DNA from: Bacteroidetes bacterium UBA7662
Lineage (GTDB): Bacteria > Bacteroidota > Bacteroidia > UBA7662
NCBI GenBank assembly: GCA_002483345.1
Contig: DLHS01000016.1
Span: forward strand, 21,956 to 85,955
Direction: 5' to 3'
DNA: 64,000 nucleotides
In this document: one piece after another, positions 48,533 to 58,183 of the stretch
Numbering within the stretch: the first letter of the stretch is position 1
Layout of the letters: every line of letters starts with the position of its first letter
Translations under genes and position numbers: made by a program
The notes under the pieces: model-generated
Told to the model about the DNA's origin: nothing
Seen by the model: the letters and a program-made list of their open reading frames with translations, nothing else
Database searches by the model: none

Positions 48533-49291
48533 ATGAAACTTTTGAAATTATACTGTTTGTCATGGTTTCTGGGGCTTCCTTTTTTGGCAGCGGCCCAGCA
48601 AGCCACCCCTAAAGAACCCATCCGGCTGGTTCAGGTAAAAACTTTCGCGGGTTATTATCTTCCACAGGCGGATCTGACGCAACGTTTTGGTGGAAGTGCA
48701 CTGGTAGGAATGGAAGTGAGCTATCAGCTCAAAAGCGGGTGGCTATTTGGCGTAAGCGGCGGCCATCTTTTTGGAAATAATGTGCTTGAGCGCGATATCA
48801 TGTCGAATATCACCACTGCATCGGGTGATATCATAACAGCCAATGGCGTTTATGAAGATTACAGACTCCGGACATTCGGGTGGGTTATGAATGCCCGGGT
48901 AGGCAAAATCATCCCTGTGATTGGCCCAAATGTAAATTCAGGTTTGCTGGTAGATTTTGGCCTGGGTATTATGCAGCATAAAATATGGATTGAAACACCC
49001 GTCATCAACAGTCCGCAACTGGAGGGTGACTATAAAAAGGGATACGACCGCCTGACCAATGGCCTTTCGTTAAACCAGTTTATAGGCTACCAACATCTTT
49101 CCAATAACCGTTTGATTAATTTTTATGTAGGCGTTGATGTTCATGAGGGTTTTACGCAAAATCGCCGCTCTGTGAACTACAATACCGGGCTTAAGGACGA
49201 CCGGCAGCGGCTGGATGTCCTGATAGGTCTTAAAGCAGGATGGATTTTACCTCTCTACCACAGGGCAGAAAAAGAACTCTCCTTCTATTGA
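48533..49291 (+). CDS. Secreted putative outer-membrane beta-barrel protein
   Basis: Signal peptide MKLLKLYCLSWFLGLPFLAAAQQ. Alternating hydrophobic beta-strand pattern and a C-terminal aromatic (…LSFY). Function unknown; possibly lipid-A related, given the waaA neighbour. Confidence 0.4.
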   Translation: MKLLKLYCLSWFLGLPFLAAAQQATPKEPIRLVQVKTFAGYYLPQADLTQRFGGSALVGMEVSYQLKSGWLFGVSGGHLFGNNVLERDIMSNITTASGDIITANGVYEDYRLRTFGWVMNARVGKIIPVIGPNVNSGLLVDFGLGIMQHKIWIETPVINSPQLEGDYKKGYDRLTNGLSLNQFIGYQHLSNNRLINFYVGVDVHEGFTQNRRSVNYNTGLKDDRQRLDVLIGLKAGWILPLYHRAEKELSFY

Positions 49292-50535
49292 TGTACTGGC
49301 TTTACCGAAGCGCTGTTTTCCTGTATGGTCTGGGTATCCGCCTGGCTGCCCTCTGGCAACCTAAGGCACGTTTGTGGTTAGAAGGCCGTAAAAGGATCTG
49401 GGATCAGTTGGCTGATATACCACCGGGCAGCAAAGTAGTCTGGTTTCATACCGCCTCTCTGGGAGAATTTGAGCAGGGGCGCCCTTTGATAGAGCATTAC
49501 CGCAAGTTGCATCCTGATTACTTTTTATTGCTCACTTTCTTTTCTCCTTCCGGTTTTACACCCAGAAAAAACTATGCGTATGTCGACAAGGTATGTTACC
49601 TCCCCCTCGACCACCCTGCTGCTTCCAGGAGATTTTTTGATTTAGTCAGGCCTTCCCTGATTGTTTTCGTGAAGTACGAATTCTGGTATCACTATTTCCG
49701 GGAGGCTTCCCGCCGGAACATACCGCTCATACTGGTATCGGCACGTTTCAGGGCAAATCAGCTATTCTTTCAACCCCTGTCGGGTGCCTTCTGGCGAAAA
49801 ATACCGGCCATGGCCAGTCACATTTTTGTACAGGATCGGGAGTCGGCCGATTTACTTCAAAGCATTGGCATAGAACAGGTGACTGTAAATTCTGACACCA
49901 GATTTGACCGGGTGTTACAGGTAAAAGAGGAGTACTTCCGGGACGAACGTCTGGAGGCCTTCTGCATGGGGAAGACCATCATAGCAGGAAGCAGCTGGCC
50001 GGTGGATGAGCAGTTATTGCTGGAAATCATGCAAAGGAAGGAACTGAAAGCATGGAAACTGATCCTGGTTCCTCATGATTTAAGGCAGGATCACCTGACC
50101 CGATTAAGCGAGCAGTTAGGCTCATCGGGGCAGCGGTACGCTGATCAGCCAAATCCAAAAACGTTGGCTGCCGCCCGGTTTCTGATACTTGATACGGTGG
50201 GGATGCTCTCGAAAGTATATCGTTACGGAGAAATTGCCTATGTAGGAGGAGGTTTCGGCAAGGGCATACACAATACCCTCGAAGCAGCCGTGTATGGTTT
50301 ACCGGTGCTGTTCGGCCCCGAACATGCCAAATTTCTGGAGGCGGCCGATTTAATAGCGTTGGGTGCCGGGTTTGAAGTCAGGGATGTTCAGACCATGGGT
50401 AACCGGCTGGTTATGCTCGCTGAAAATGAGGTAGAAAGAACCGCAATAGCGGGGAATATTTCTGCCTACTTTCAGGAGAAAAGGGGTGCTACAGACCGGA
50501 TTTTGTCCTGGATGGAGCAGACAGCCCTTGGGTAA
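49291..50535 (+). CDS. waaA: 3-deoxy-D-manno-octulosonic acid (Kdo) transferase
   Basis: VVWFHTASLGEFEQGRPLIEHYRK is a KdtA N-terminal motif. The ATG at 49291 overlaps the upstream stop (TGATG). Confidence 0.85.
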   Translation: MYWLYRSAVFLYGLGIRLAALWQPKARLWLEGRKRIWDQLADIPPGSKVVWFHTASLGEFEQGRPLIEHYRKLHPDYFLLLTFFSPSGFTPRKNYAYVDKVCYLPLDHPAASRRFFDLVRPSLIVFVKYEFWYHYFREASRRNIPLILVSARFRANQLFFQPLSGAFWRKIPAMASHIFVQDRESADLLQSIGIEQVTVNSDTRFDRVLQVKEEYFRDERLEAFCMGKTIIAGSSWPVDEQLLLEIMQRKELKAWKLILVPHDLRQDHLTRLSEQLGSSGQRYADQPNPKTLAAARFLILDTVGMLSKVYRYGEIAYVGGGFGKGIHNTLEAAVYGLPVLFGPEHAKFLEAADLIALGAGFEVRDVQTMGNRLVMLAENEVERTAIAGNISAYFQEKRGATDRILSWMEQTALG

Positions 50536-50548
50536 CCCTGTATTTCGG

Positions 50549-51325
50549 TTACTGTGCTGAAAATCGGCGGAGTATGAGGTGCAGGAAATTTACCAACGCC
50601 TCTTTTTCCATTTCCCAGCCATAGCGTGGTAAAAGTTCACTGGCGATGTAGGCTTCCGCCTCTTCCACATTGGCGCGGCTGTTCAAAGCATCCACGGCAT
50701 CAGCATATGCCTGGTGATCGTTGGCAAACAACTCACGAATGAAGAGAAACTTCTCATTAAGTCCGATGCCTGATTTGAGATCATGTATCGGCTTGAGTTT
50801 AAGATGTGTCAGAATCAGGTCTTTATCTCCTGACAGTTTTAAGACCTCAGCAATCGAAAAACGATTGTACTGCAGGGTGACCTTAGGCTCGGGCGTTTGA
50901 TCAGCCGTTTTTTCGGCCGTTACAGTAATGACGAGTTGCTCAATTTCAAGATCCGGGCCAGGTTCCTTCAGCTCCTTTTCTTCCTGTGCAGGCTCATTCT
51001 CCGGATATACTTCCGTTTCTGAACTTTCCGCTTCTGCTGTAACCGGCTCCTTTTCCGTTGAAAAAGTTGCTGCTTCGGGTTCTTCCGTTTCCGGAAGGGC
51101 TGCCGCCTCTTCTGCAAGTTGCTGCAGGATTTCGGCAGGCTGACCTTCCGCGGCCCCGGCTGCTTCGGGTAATTTCAGAATTGCCTCGTACAGCAGCCGT
51201 CCACGGTATAATACCAGGTCCTTTTCAACGGTATGGAGTTTTTCTTCCGTACCGAATTTATCGATCGTTGTAGTGAGCTCCTCCAAACATTGCAGGAGGG
51301 TTTTCAGCGCTTGGGTGTGGTGCAT
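50549..51325 (-). CDS. Hypothetical protein with a central Glu/Ala/Pro-rich, low-complexity acidic segment
   Basis: 258 aa with structured N- and C-terminal regions flanking about 100 aa of E/A/P/T-rich sequence. No recognised motif. Confidence 0.45.
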   Translation of the reverse strand: MHHTQALKTLLQCLEELTTTIDKFGTEEKLHTVEKDLVLYRGRLLYEAILKLPEAAGAAEGQPAEILQQLAEEAAALPETEEPEAATFSTEKEPVTAEAESSETEVYPENEPAQEEKELKEPGPDLEIEQLVITVTAEKTADQTPEPKVTLQYNRFSIAEVLKLSGDKDLILTHLKLKPIHDLKSGIGLNEKFLFIRELFANDHQAYADAVDALNSRANVEEAEAYIASELLPRYGWEMEKEALVNFLHLILRRFSAQ

Positions 51326-51385
51326 GGAATCCTTACTTTCGCAGTAACAACGCTAAGTTAAGCGGTTGGGTACGAAAAGTGGAAT

Positions 51386-51967
51386 ATGTTCACAGAACCA
51401 GGGCTCAGAAGCGCTTCCAAAGGGTGGATTGAGGTGATATGCGGATCGATGTTCTCGGGCAAAACCGAAGAACTGATACGCAGACTGCGCAGAGCGCAGT
51501 TTGCCAACCAACACATAGAAATTTTCAAACCCACCATCGATACTCGCTATCACGAAACTGAGATTGTGAGCCATGATGCCAACAGCATCCACTCTACGCC
51601 GGTGGAACATTCGCAGAACATTCTTTTGCTGGCCAATACCGTTGAGGTAGTCGGCATCGACGAGGCACAGTTTTTTGATGCCTCGCTGACAGATGTATGC
51701 CAGCAACTGGCTCAAAGAGGCAGCCGGGTTATCGTGGCTGGTTTGGATATGGATTATCTCGGCAACCCTTTCGGCCCCATGCCGGGTTTGCTGGCAGTGG
51801 CCGAATATGTCACCAAAGTGCATGCCATCTGTATGGTTTGCGGCGATCTGGCCAGTCACTCTTTCCGTAAAAACGATGATTCCCAAAAAGTACTGCTGGG
51901 AGAAAAAGACAGCTATGAGCCCCGTTGCCGCCGTTGTTTTCAGGACGGATTAGCACAAAAATCCTGA
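51386..51967 (+). CDS. tdk: Thymidine kinase
   Basis: P-loop [14 protein letters not shown] and C-terminal Zn-ribbon cysteines (CMVCG...CRRC). Confidence 0.9.
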   Translation: MFTEPGLRSASKGWIEVICGSMFSGKTEELIRRLRRAQFANQHIEIFKPTIDTRYHETEIVSHDANSIHSTPVEHSQNILLLANTVEVVGIDEAQFFDASLTDVCQQLAQRGSRVIVAGLDMDYLGNPFGPMPGLLAVAEYVTKVHAICMVCGDLASHSFRKNDDSQKVLLGEKDSYEPRCRRCFQDGLAQKS

Positions 51968-51968
51968 T

Positions 51969-53402
51969 ATGAGCTTATTTCTACGGATACTCATGCTGGT
52001 CACGTTCTTGTCAGGCTGTGGCAGCAACAAACAAAATGCCCCTGCACCTTTGCTCGAACCCGCAGATACACCTGCTGAGCTACCTGTTTCGACCCTGCAA
52101 TTTCCCATAGTAATACCCTATGCCGACGTTGAGAAAAGGTTGAACAAAGAGCTGGGTATCCGCTTATATGAGGACAACGATTTCGAAAACAATGGCGTTG
52201 ACAACATAAAACTCACCGTGCATCGCACCGGGAATATCCGGATGAATGCCCTGAACGATTACCTGCAGTTTACGGTGCCGCTGAACATCTGGGTAGAGGG
52301 GAGGATAAAATCAAGTCTGGGAGGCATTTTCAGTCCGCAGCAAGCACCACAAATCACCAAAGCGGCCAATTTCAAAATTGAAGTAACCCTCAGCAGCAAG
52401 GCAGAGGCACAAAGCGACTGGAGCATCAAAACCACTTCTCAGGTTAATTTCCGTTGGACAGCATCGCCAACCCTCGATTTTGGCATCGTCAAATTACCTA
52501 TCGGAGGACTGATAGAAAAGGTGGTTGCGGGGCAGCTTAACAAGCTCGCTGTCCAGCTGGATGCAGAAGCTAAAAAGCAACTTCAGTTCAGGACTCAGGT
52601 GGATCAATACTGGCGCGAAATTCAACAGCCTATCCGCATAGCAGGGCCTTTCCCTGCTATCCTGTACATACAACCCGAAAGTATACAGCTGGCCCCCCTG
52701 AAGCCTGGCCCAGCTTCCCTGGAATTACGCACGGCCATTCAGGCTAAAATCCTGCTTACCACAGACACTTTACTTCGGAAACCGGCGCTGATACCCATGC
52801 CTGCCCTGCGGCTGGGAGAACCTGCCACAACAGGTGCTCAGTTGATGCTCACCGCAGCGTTGAGCTATAGCCAGCTCAGTGAACTGGCCAGAAAAAACAT
52901 CGCCGGACAGGAATTTGCCTTTGAGAACGGGAAACACCGGCTTACCCTGGAAGACATTGAAATAAGTGGTTTAGGAACCACGTTGCAAGCCAAAGTACGT
53001 ATCAAAGGCAGCGCCAAAGCGGGTCTGTTCGGACGCAAAAAACTGGACGGCACCTACTATTTCACCGGAACCCCTTATTACGAGCCCATCAAACAGGAAA
53101 TCCGCATCAAAAACTTTGATTTTGATGTAAAAAGTAAAGATTTACTACTCCAGACGGCCGAATGGCTTTTCAAAAGTAATTTCAAAAAGCAGCTTGCGGA
53201 GCAACTGCGATACCCACTGGCCAAAGATCTGCAACAACTCAGCATCACGGCAGAAAACGCCCTGAACAAACCTTTCAGCAAAGAAATCCTCCTATCCGGA
53301 AAAATTACCAAACTGGAACCCGGTGAGATCAGACTCGATCCGCGGCAATTGGTTATTTACGTTGAAACAACCGGAACAGTCGCCATTCAATTCAAAGATT
53401 AA
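51969..53402 (+). CDS. Hypothetical lipoprotein
   Basis: Lipobox LVTFLSGCGSN. 477 aa. No enzymatic motif recognised. Confidence 0.55.
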   Translation: MSLFLRILMLVTFLSGCGSNKQNAPAPLLEPADTPAELPVSTLQFPIVIPYADVEKRLNKELGIRLYEDNDFENNGVDNIKLTVHRTGNIRMNALNDYLQFTVPLNIWVEGRIKSSLGGIFSPQQAPQITKAANFKIEVTLSSKAEAQSDWSIKTTSQVNFRWTASPTLDFGIVKLPIGGLIEKVVAGQLNKLAVQLDAEAKKQLQFRTQVDQYWREIQQPIRIAGPFPAILYIQPESIQLAPLKPGPASLELRTAIQAKILLTTDTLLRKPALIPMPALRLGEPATTGAQLMLTAALSYSQLSELARKNIAGQEFAFENGKHRLTLEDIEISGLGTTLQAKVRIKGSAKAGLFGRKKLDGTYYFTGTPYYEPIKQEIRIKNFDFDVKSKDLLLQTAEWLFKSNFKKQLAEQLRYPLAKDLQQLSITAENALNKPFSKEILLSGKITKLEPGEIRLDPRQLVIYVETTGTVAIQFKD

Positions 53403-53411
53403 TCCGGGGCA

Positions 53412-53496
53412 GGGAATTATATGGAACGGTCACGACCGTCCCGTATTTGCAGGACGGCCCGGGGATTTATAGGAACGGTGGAGACCGTCCCTTATA
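53412..53496. terminator. Tandem about 48-bp direct repeat, each unit carrying a dyad (acggtc-ac-gaccgt / acggt-ggag-accgt); likely a bidirectional terminator between convergent genes
   Basis: Unit A is ccggggcagggaattatatggaacggtcacgaccgtcccgtat. Unit B is cccggggatttataggaacggtggagaccgtcccttat. Located between the lipoprotein gene (+) and lpdA (-). Confidence 0.4.
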
Positions 53497-54903
53497 TCAC
53501 ATGTGGAGTGCGCGGTTTGCTGTTGCGGCGAGGCAGGCTTCGCGGAATACTTCTGTATAGGTTGGGTGTGCATGGCTCATGCGGGCAATGTCTTCGGCAG
53601 AAGCACGGAACTCCATGGCTACTACGGCCTCTGCTATCATATCTGCTACGCGTGGACCAATCATGTGTACACCCAGTATTTCATCGGTGTCTTTGTGGGC
53701 ATAAACACGTACAACGCCGTCCATGTCCATGGAAGCGCGCGCGCGGCCACTTGCTTTAAACGGGAATGCGCCTGTTTTATAGGGAATCGCCTGCTCCTTG
53801 AGTTCCTTTTCGGTATACCCTACGCTTGACACTTCGGGCCAGGTATAAACAACGTTCGGGATAAGCAGGTAATTGATGTGCGGCTTCTGACCTGCAATCA
53901 GCTCTGCAACGAAAACGCCTTCTTCTTCCGCCTTGTGGGCCAGCATCGCACCCTTTACCACATCTCCGATGGCATAAATGCCCGGTACAGTGGTTTCCAG
54001 GTGATTATTTACAGGGATACGGCCACGTTCGTCTGCGGTCAGCCCTGCCTTTTCGAGCGACAGTCCATCGGTATAAGGCCGTCGGCCTACCGAAACGAGG
54101 GTGTAATCAGCCTTCAGTTCTTTCTTCTCTCCGGTTTTAAGTTCCTCGAATGCCACAACCGTTTGTTTTCCTTTAACGGCTACTCCGGTCACTTTGTGTC
54201 CGAAATAGAAGTCAAAGCCCAGTTTTGCAAGTACTTTTTGCAGCTCTTTGCCCATGGCGGCATCCATGGTGGGAATCAGCGAATCGGTAAACTCTATCAC
54301 TGAAACTTTAGCACCCAGCCTGCCATAAACCGACCCTAACTCCATTCCGATGACACCACCCCCTATGACCACCATGTGTTTGGGAACTTCCTGCAGATTT
54401 AAGGCTTCTGTAGAGGTAATGATGCGCTTTTTGTCAATTTCAACTCCCGGGATAGCCATTGGCTTTGATCCTGTGGCAATGATGATGTTTTTAGCCGTAA
54501 TCTGCTCGCTGCTGCCATCGGTTTTGGCTATGCTCAGGGTGTTTTTATCAAGAAAAGAACCATGCCCTTCAAAAACCGTGATTTTGTTCTTTTTCATGAG
54601 GAAGGCGATGCCATCCACATTCTGTTTCACAACTTCGTTTTTGCGGGCAATCATCTGCAGGAGATTCACTTTCAGTCCATTCAGGTCAATGCCATGTATT
54701 TTAAACGTATGTTCTGCATTGTGGTAATGTTCGGATGAATCGAGCATGGCTTTGGACGGGATACACCCCACGTTTAGACAGGTTCCACCCAAGGTTTTGT
54801 AACGCTCGATAATGGCTGTTTTTAACCCAAGCTGAGCACAACGGATAGCGGCTACATACCCCCCGGGGCCTGAACCAATTATGGCTACATCAAAATTCGA
54901 CAT
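53497..54903 (-). CDS. lpdA: Dihydrolipoyl dehydrogenase (E3)
   Basis: FDVAIIGSGPGGYVAAIRCAQLG and GGTCLNVGCIPSK redox-active disulfide motif. ATG at 54903. Confidence 0.9.
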   Translation of the reverse strand: MSNFDVAIIGSGPGGYVAAIRCAQLGLKTAIIERYKTLGGTCLNVGCIPSKAMLDSSEHYHNAEHTFKIHGIDLNGLKVNLLQMIARKNEVVKQNVDGIAFLMKKNKITVFEGHGSFLDKNTLSIAKTDGSSEQITAKNIIIATGSKPMAIPGVEIDKKRIITSTEALNLQEVPKHMVVIGGGVIGMELGSVYGRLGAKVSVIEFTDSLIPTMDAAMGKELQKVLAKLGFDFYFGHKVTGVAVKGKQTVVAFEELKTGEKKELKADYTLVSVGRRPYTDGLSLEKAGLTADERGRIPVNNHLETTVPGIYAIGDVVKGAMLAHKAEEEGVFVAELIAGQKPHINYLLIPNVVYTWPEVSSVGYTEKELKEQAIPYKTGAFPFKASGRARASMDMDGVVRVYAHKDTDEILGVHMIGPRVADMIAEAVVAMEFRASAEDIARMSHAHPTYTEVFREACLAATANRALHM

Positions 54904-55003
54904 GGACTGATTATTTGTCTGCAAAAATAAGAGAATCAAACCAAAAGGAGGGGTTTTGGTTTTACAAGTACCGGGAAAACAACTTATCTTTCTTCAACCA
55001 TTC

Positions 55004-57433
55004 ATGACAACGGTAGCAAAATACAAACACAATAAATTTGAAATCGATTATCAGTCGATGCTCGAAGGTGTTGCGCTTGCTTCCGCCCTGTTGCTGAAAT
55101 CGGTTACACCTGAAGATGTATTCCCGCAGGTGGTTACCACCATTGGCCAGGCTACACGGGTAGATCGCTGTTATATATTTAAAAATTTCTACCTCGAGGG
55201 ACATGCTTATATGTCGCAGCAGTATGAGTGGGTGCGTGATGGTGTTTCGATACAAATAGATAATCCGGCGCTGCAAAAAATCACCTATGATATTCTCCCG
55301 GGTCTGTACGCCCAATTGAGCAGGCGGAAGGATTACAGTGGGTTGGTAAGGGAAAGCACCGATGAATTCAGGGCCATGATGGAGGCACAGGATATTGTCA
55401 GTTATCTGCTGCTTCCCATTTTTATGGGAGAAACCTTCTGGGGATTTATAGGTTATGACGACTGCCAGCATGATAAAATCTGGACAACTGCTGAAATAAA
55501 CACCCTGGCTACCCTGGCAGCCGCCATAGGGGCCTTTTTGGTCCGTCACAAACTGGAAACGGAGCTGCGTGAAAAAAATGCCCAATATGAACTTGCCTTA
55601 CGGGGTTCTCAGGACGGCATCTGGGAACTGGATTACCGTACCGGTAAAATTTTCACTAACCGGCAATGGCGGGAGATGTTTGGGTTCAGGCATATGACCG
55701 AATACGGCCTTACCCTGGATCTTTTTCTGGAGCTTTTGCATCCTGCAGATCGAAAAAGAGTTGAAGGAGAATTGAACGACTACCTGAAAAGAGGCAAAGG
55801 CACCCTTGATCTGGAATACCGCATACAACATGCCAAAGGACACTACATCTGGATTTACCGCAGGTCGGCTGCTGAATGGGATGAAAACGGTGAACCCGTC
55901 AGATTAGGAGGCTCAGATTCTGACATCACCGAACGGAAGATTCACGACAAGCTGCTCGCAGATAATGAAAAACAATACCGTGAGCTCATCAATAACCTGA
56001 ATGATGTGATTTTTGAAACGGATCATCAGGGTCGTTTTACTTTTCTCAACAAAGCCTGGGAAGACCTCACCGGTTATACTGTCGCCGAGTCAATTGGTTT
56101 AAAAGGAGCCGATTTTGTGCTCCGGGAAGACGCGGCAATCATTCCTATGGTCTCCCATAAAATGAATGTTCTCCATAAAAACAGCGTCTCGGAAGAATTC
56201 AGGTACCGCCGTAAAAACGGGGAGGCGGTATGGGTGCACATGGTCGGGAACAAAGTCTTTGACCATAAGGGTGAATTGACAGGTTTCAATGGCACCATCT
56301 CCAACATCCAGAGTCGCAGGGAAGCAGAAATCAGACTGATTGAAAGTGAGGCCAAATACAGGCTGATATCAGAGAATATGACGGATCTTGTTACCCAGCA
56401 TGACTTTGAAGGCAGGGTGAAATTCGCCTCCAGTTCCCTTCGCGACTGGCTGGGTTATGATGCGGAAAATCTGCCTTCTCTGGATTCGTTTTACTATTTC
56501 CATCCCGATGATATCAATCATATTCGGGCGAATGCCGTTGAAAAACTCAAGCAGGGGGAAAAAAGTGTTACCATCAACTACCGGCTGAGGCATGCGGAGG
56601 GTCACTATTTGTGGGTAGAATCACTCACCAAATATGTTTATAATGAAAAACATCAGATGGTAGCTATTCAGGTATCGACCCGCAATATTACCGAACGCAA
56701 ACAGGCTGAAGAGGATATCCGTCATGCGCTTGAAAAGGAAAAAGAACTACGCGATCTGAAATCCCGCTTTGTTGTCATGGCATCCCATGAATTCAGAACC
56801 CCACTGGCCACTATTCAGTCAAGTCTTGATTTGTTGCAGCACTATACTGAGCTGGATCAGTACGGGCAGCCATCCAAGACGGAGCGCCATTTTGTGCGCA
56901 TCCGCAGTGAGATTAAAAAGGTCACCGACCTGATGAACGACATTTTATTGCTCGGCAAACTGGAAGCAGGGCATACCAAGATGAAACTGGAGTCAACGGA
57001 CCTGATAGAACTTGTAAACGAGCTGATAGAGGGCAACTTCAGTCAGGGAAAAGATCCCAGAATACCTGTATTTGATTACAGCGGATTTCCCCGAAACATC
57101 TTTGCAGATCAGCAATTATTGAGGCATGCCCTTTCGAATCTGATTTCAAATGCCCTTAAATTTTCGAAAGAAAAACCGAATCCGCAGCTGCGCATCAACT
57201 ATCTGAAAAACAAGGTGAGAATTACCATTACTGATTTTGGCATCGGTATACCGCGGAATGAAAAAAATCGCATTTTTGAATCGTTCTACCGGGGTACCAA
57301 TACCACCGAATTTCAGGGCACCGGACTTGGGTTGGTGATTGCCAAAGAATTTGTGGAGATGCACCGAGGTATAATCTGGTTTGAATCGAACCCTGGCAAA
57401 AAGACTGTTTTTACTATTGAACTAAACCTATGA
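55004..57433 (+). CDS. Cytoplasmic sensor histidine kinase (GAF - 3xPAS - HisKA - HATPase_c)
   Basis: No TM segments. The H-box is MASHEFRTPLATI. C-terminal N/G boxes (LISNALKFS; DFGIGIP; GTGLGL). Repeated PAS-like YRIQHAKGHYIWI / YRLRHAEGHYLWV. Confidence 0.85.
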   Translation: MTTVAKYKHNKFEIDYQSMLEGVALASALLLKSVTPEDVFPQVVTTIGQATRVDRCYIFKNFYLEGHAYMSQQYEWVRDGVSIQIDNPALQKITYDILPGLYAQLSRRKDYSGLVRESTDEFRAMMEAQDIVSYLLLPIFMGETFWGFIGYDDCQHDKIWTTAEINTLATLAAAIGAFLVRHKLETELREKNAQYELALRGSQDGIWELDYRTGKIFTNRQWREMFGFRHMTEYGLTLDLFLELLHPADRKRVEGELNDYLKRGKGTLDLEYRIQHAKGHYIWIYRRSAAEWDENGEPVRLGGSDSDITERKIHDKLLADNEKQYRELINNLNDVIFETDHQGRFTFLNKAWEDLTGYTVAESIGLKGADFVLREDAAIIPMVSHKMNVLHKNSVSEEFRYRRKNGEAVWVHMVGNKVFDHKGELTGFNGTISNIQSRREAEIRLIESEAKYRLISENMTDLVTQHDFEGRVKFASSSLRDWLGYDAENLPSLDSFYYFHPDDINHIRANAVEKLKQGEKSVTINYRLRHAEGHYLWVESLTKYVYNEKHQMVAIQVSTRNITERKQAEEDIRHALEKEKELRDLKSRFVVMASHEFRTPLATIQSSLDLLQHYTELDQYGQPSKTERHFVRIRSEIKKVTDLMNDILLLGKLEAGHTKMKLESTDLIELVNELIEGNFSQGKDPRIPVFDYSGFPRNIFADQQLLRHALSNLISNALKFSKEKPNPQLRINYLKNKVRITITDFGIGIPRNEKNRIFESFYRGTNTTEFQGTGLGLVIAKEFVEMHRGIIWFESNPGKKTVFTIELNL

Positions 57434-58167
57434 GCAGAATACTGATTGTTGAAGATGAACGTAGTTTGCGTGAGAATATCATGGAGCTTTTTGAAAGCCA
57501 GTCGTACGAGGTTTATGGCGCAGAAAACGGATCGGCCGGTTATGAAGCTGCCCTTCATCACAAACCAGACCTTATCATTTCGGATGTAATTATGCCGGAG
57601 GCAGATGGTTATGCCCTGCTTGAAAGACTTCGTCAGAATCCTTCTACAGAGCTTATTCCGGTTATTTTGCTGACTGCTAAAACCATGCTGGATGCCCGCA
57701 TTCAAGGCCTGCAATTAGGTGCAGACGACTACATAGGTAAACCCTTCAGTGCGGATGAATTACTGGTCCGTTCATCCAACCTTATCGAAAAGCAGAAAAA
57801 AATAATCCACAGGGCACTGACCAGCCCTGCCGAGGTGGAAGGTGACTCGCGCAATGAGGTACTGATTAAAAAAATAGTGCAGATTATTGAAGACCGGATG
57901 AGTGATTATAATCTCTCGGTTGATTTGATAGCACACCAGTTGGGTATAAGCAAATCTACCATCCAGCGTAAGCTCAAAAGCACTATCAATAAAAATCTCA
58001 ACCAGCTTATCCGGGAGTACCGGCTGGAGAAAGCCCGTAAGATGATAGAGAAAAAAACAGGTAGTTTATCTGACATTGCCACAGCCACGGGCTTCAACAG
58101 TCTTTCTTATTTCTCCTACTCTTATAAAAAATTCTTCGGCAAGGCACCCTCTCAGGAGGTTCGCTGA
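57430..58167 (+). CDS. Response regulator, receiver + AraC-type HTH
   Basis: ILIVEDE...DLIISDVIMPEADG receiver with phospho-acceptor Asp. The C-terminus has an AraC-family HTH. ATGA overlap with the kinase. Confidence 0.85.
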   Translation: MSRILIVEDERSLRENIMELFESQSYEVYGAENGSAGYEAALHHKPDLIISDVIMPEADGYALLERLRQNPSTELIPVILLTAKTMLDARIQGLQLGADDYIGKPFSADELLVRSSNLIEKQKKIIHRALTSPAEVEGDSRNEVLIKKIVQIIEDRMSDYNLSVDLIAHQLGISKSTIQRKLKSTINKNLNQLIREYRLEKARKMIEKKTGSLSDIATATGFNSLSYFSYSYKKFFGKAPSQEVR

Positions 58168-58183
58168 GTAATCCCGGGCACCT

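Noticed and set aside
51353-51886. 177-aa minus-strand ORF overlapping tdk
   Set aside because: Antisense to a thymidine kinase with P-loop and Zn-ribbon motifs.
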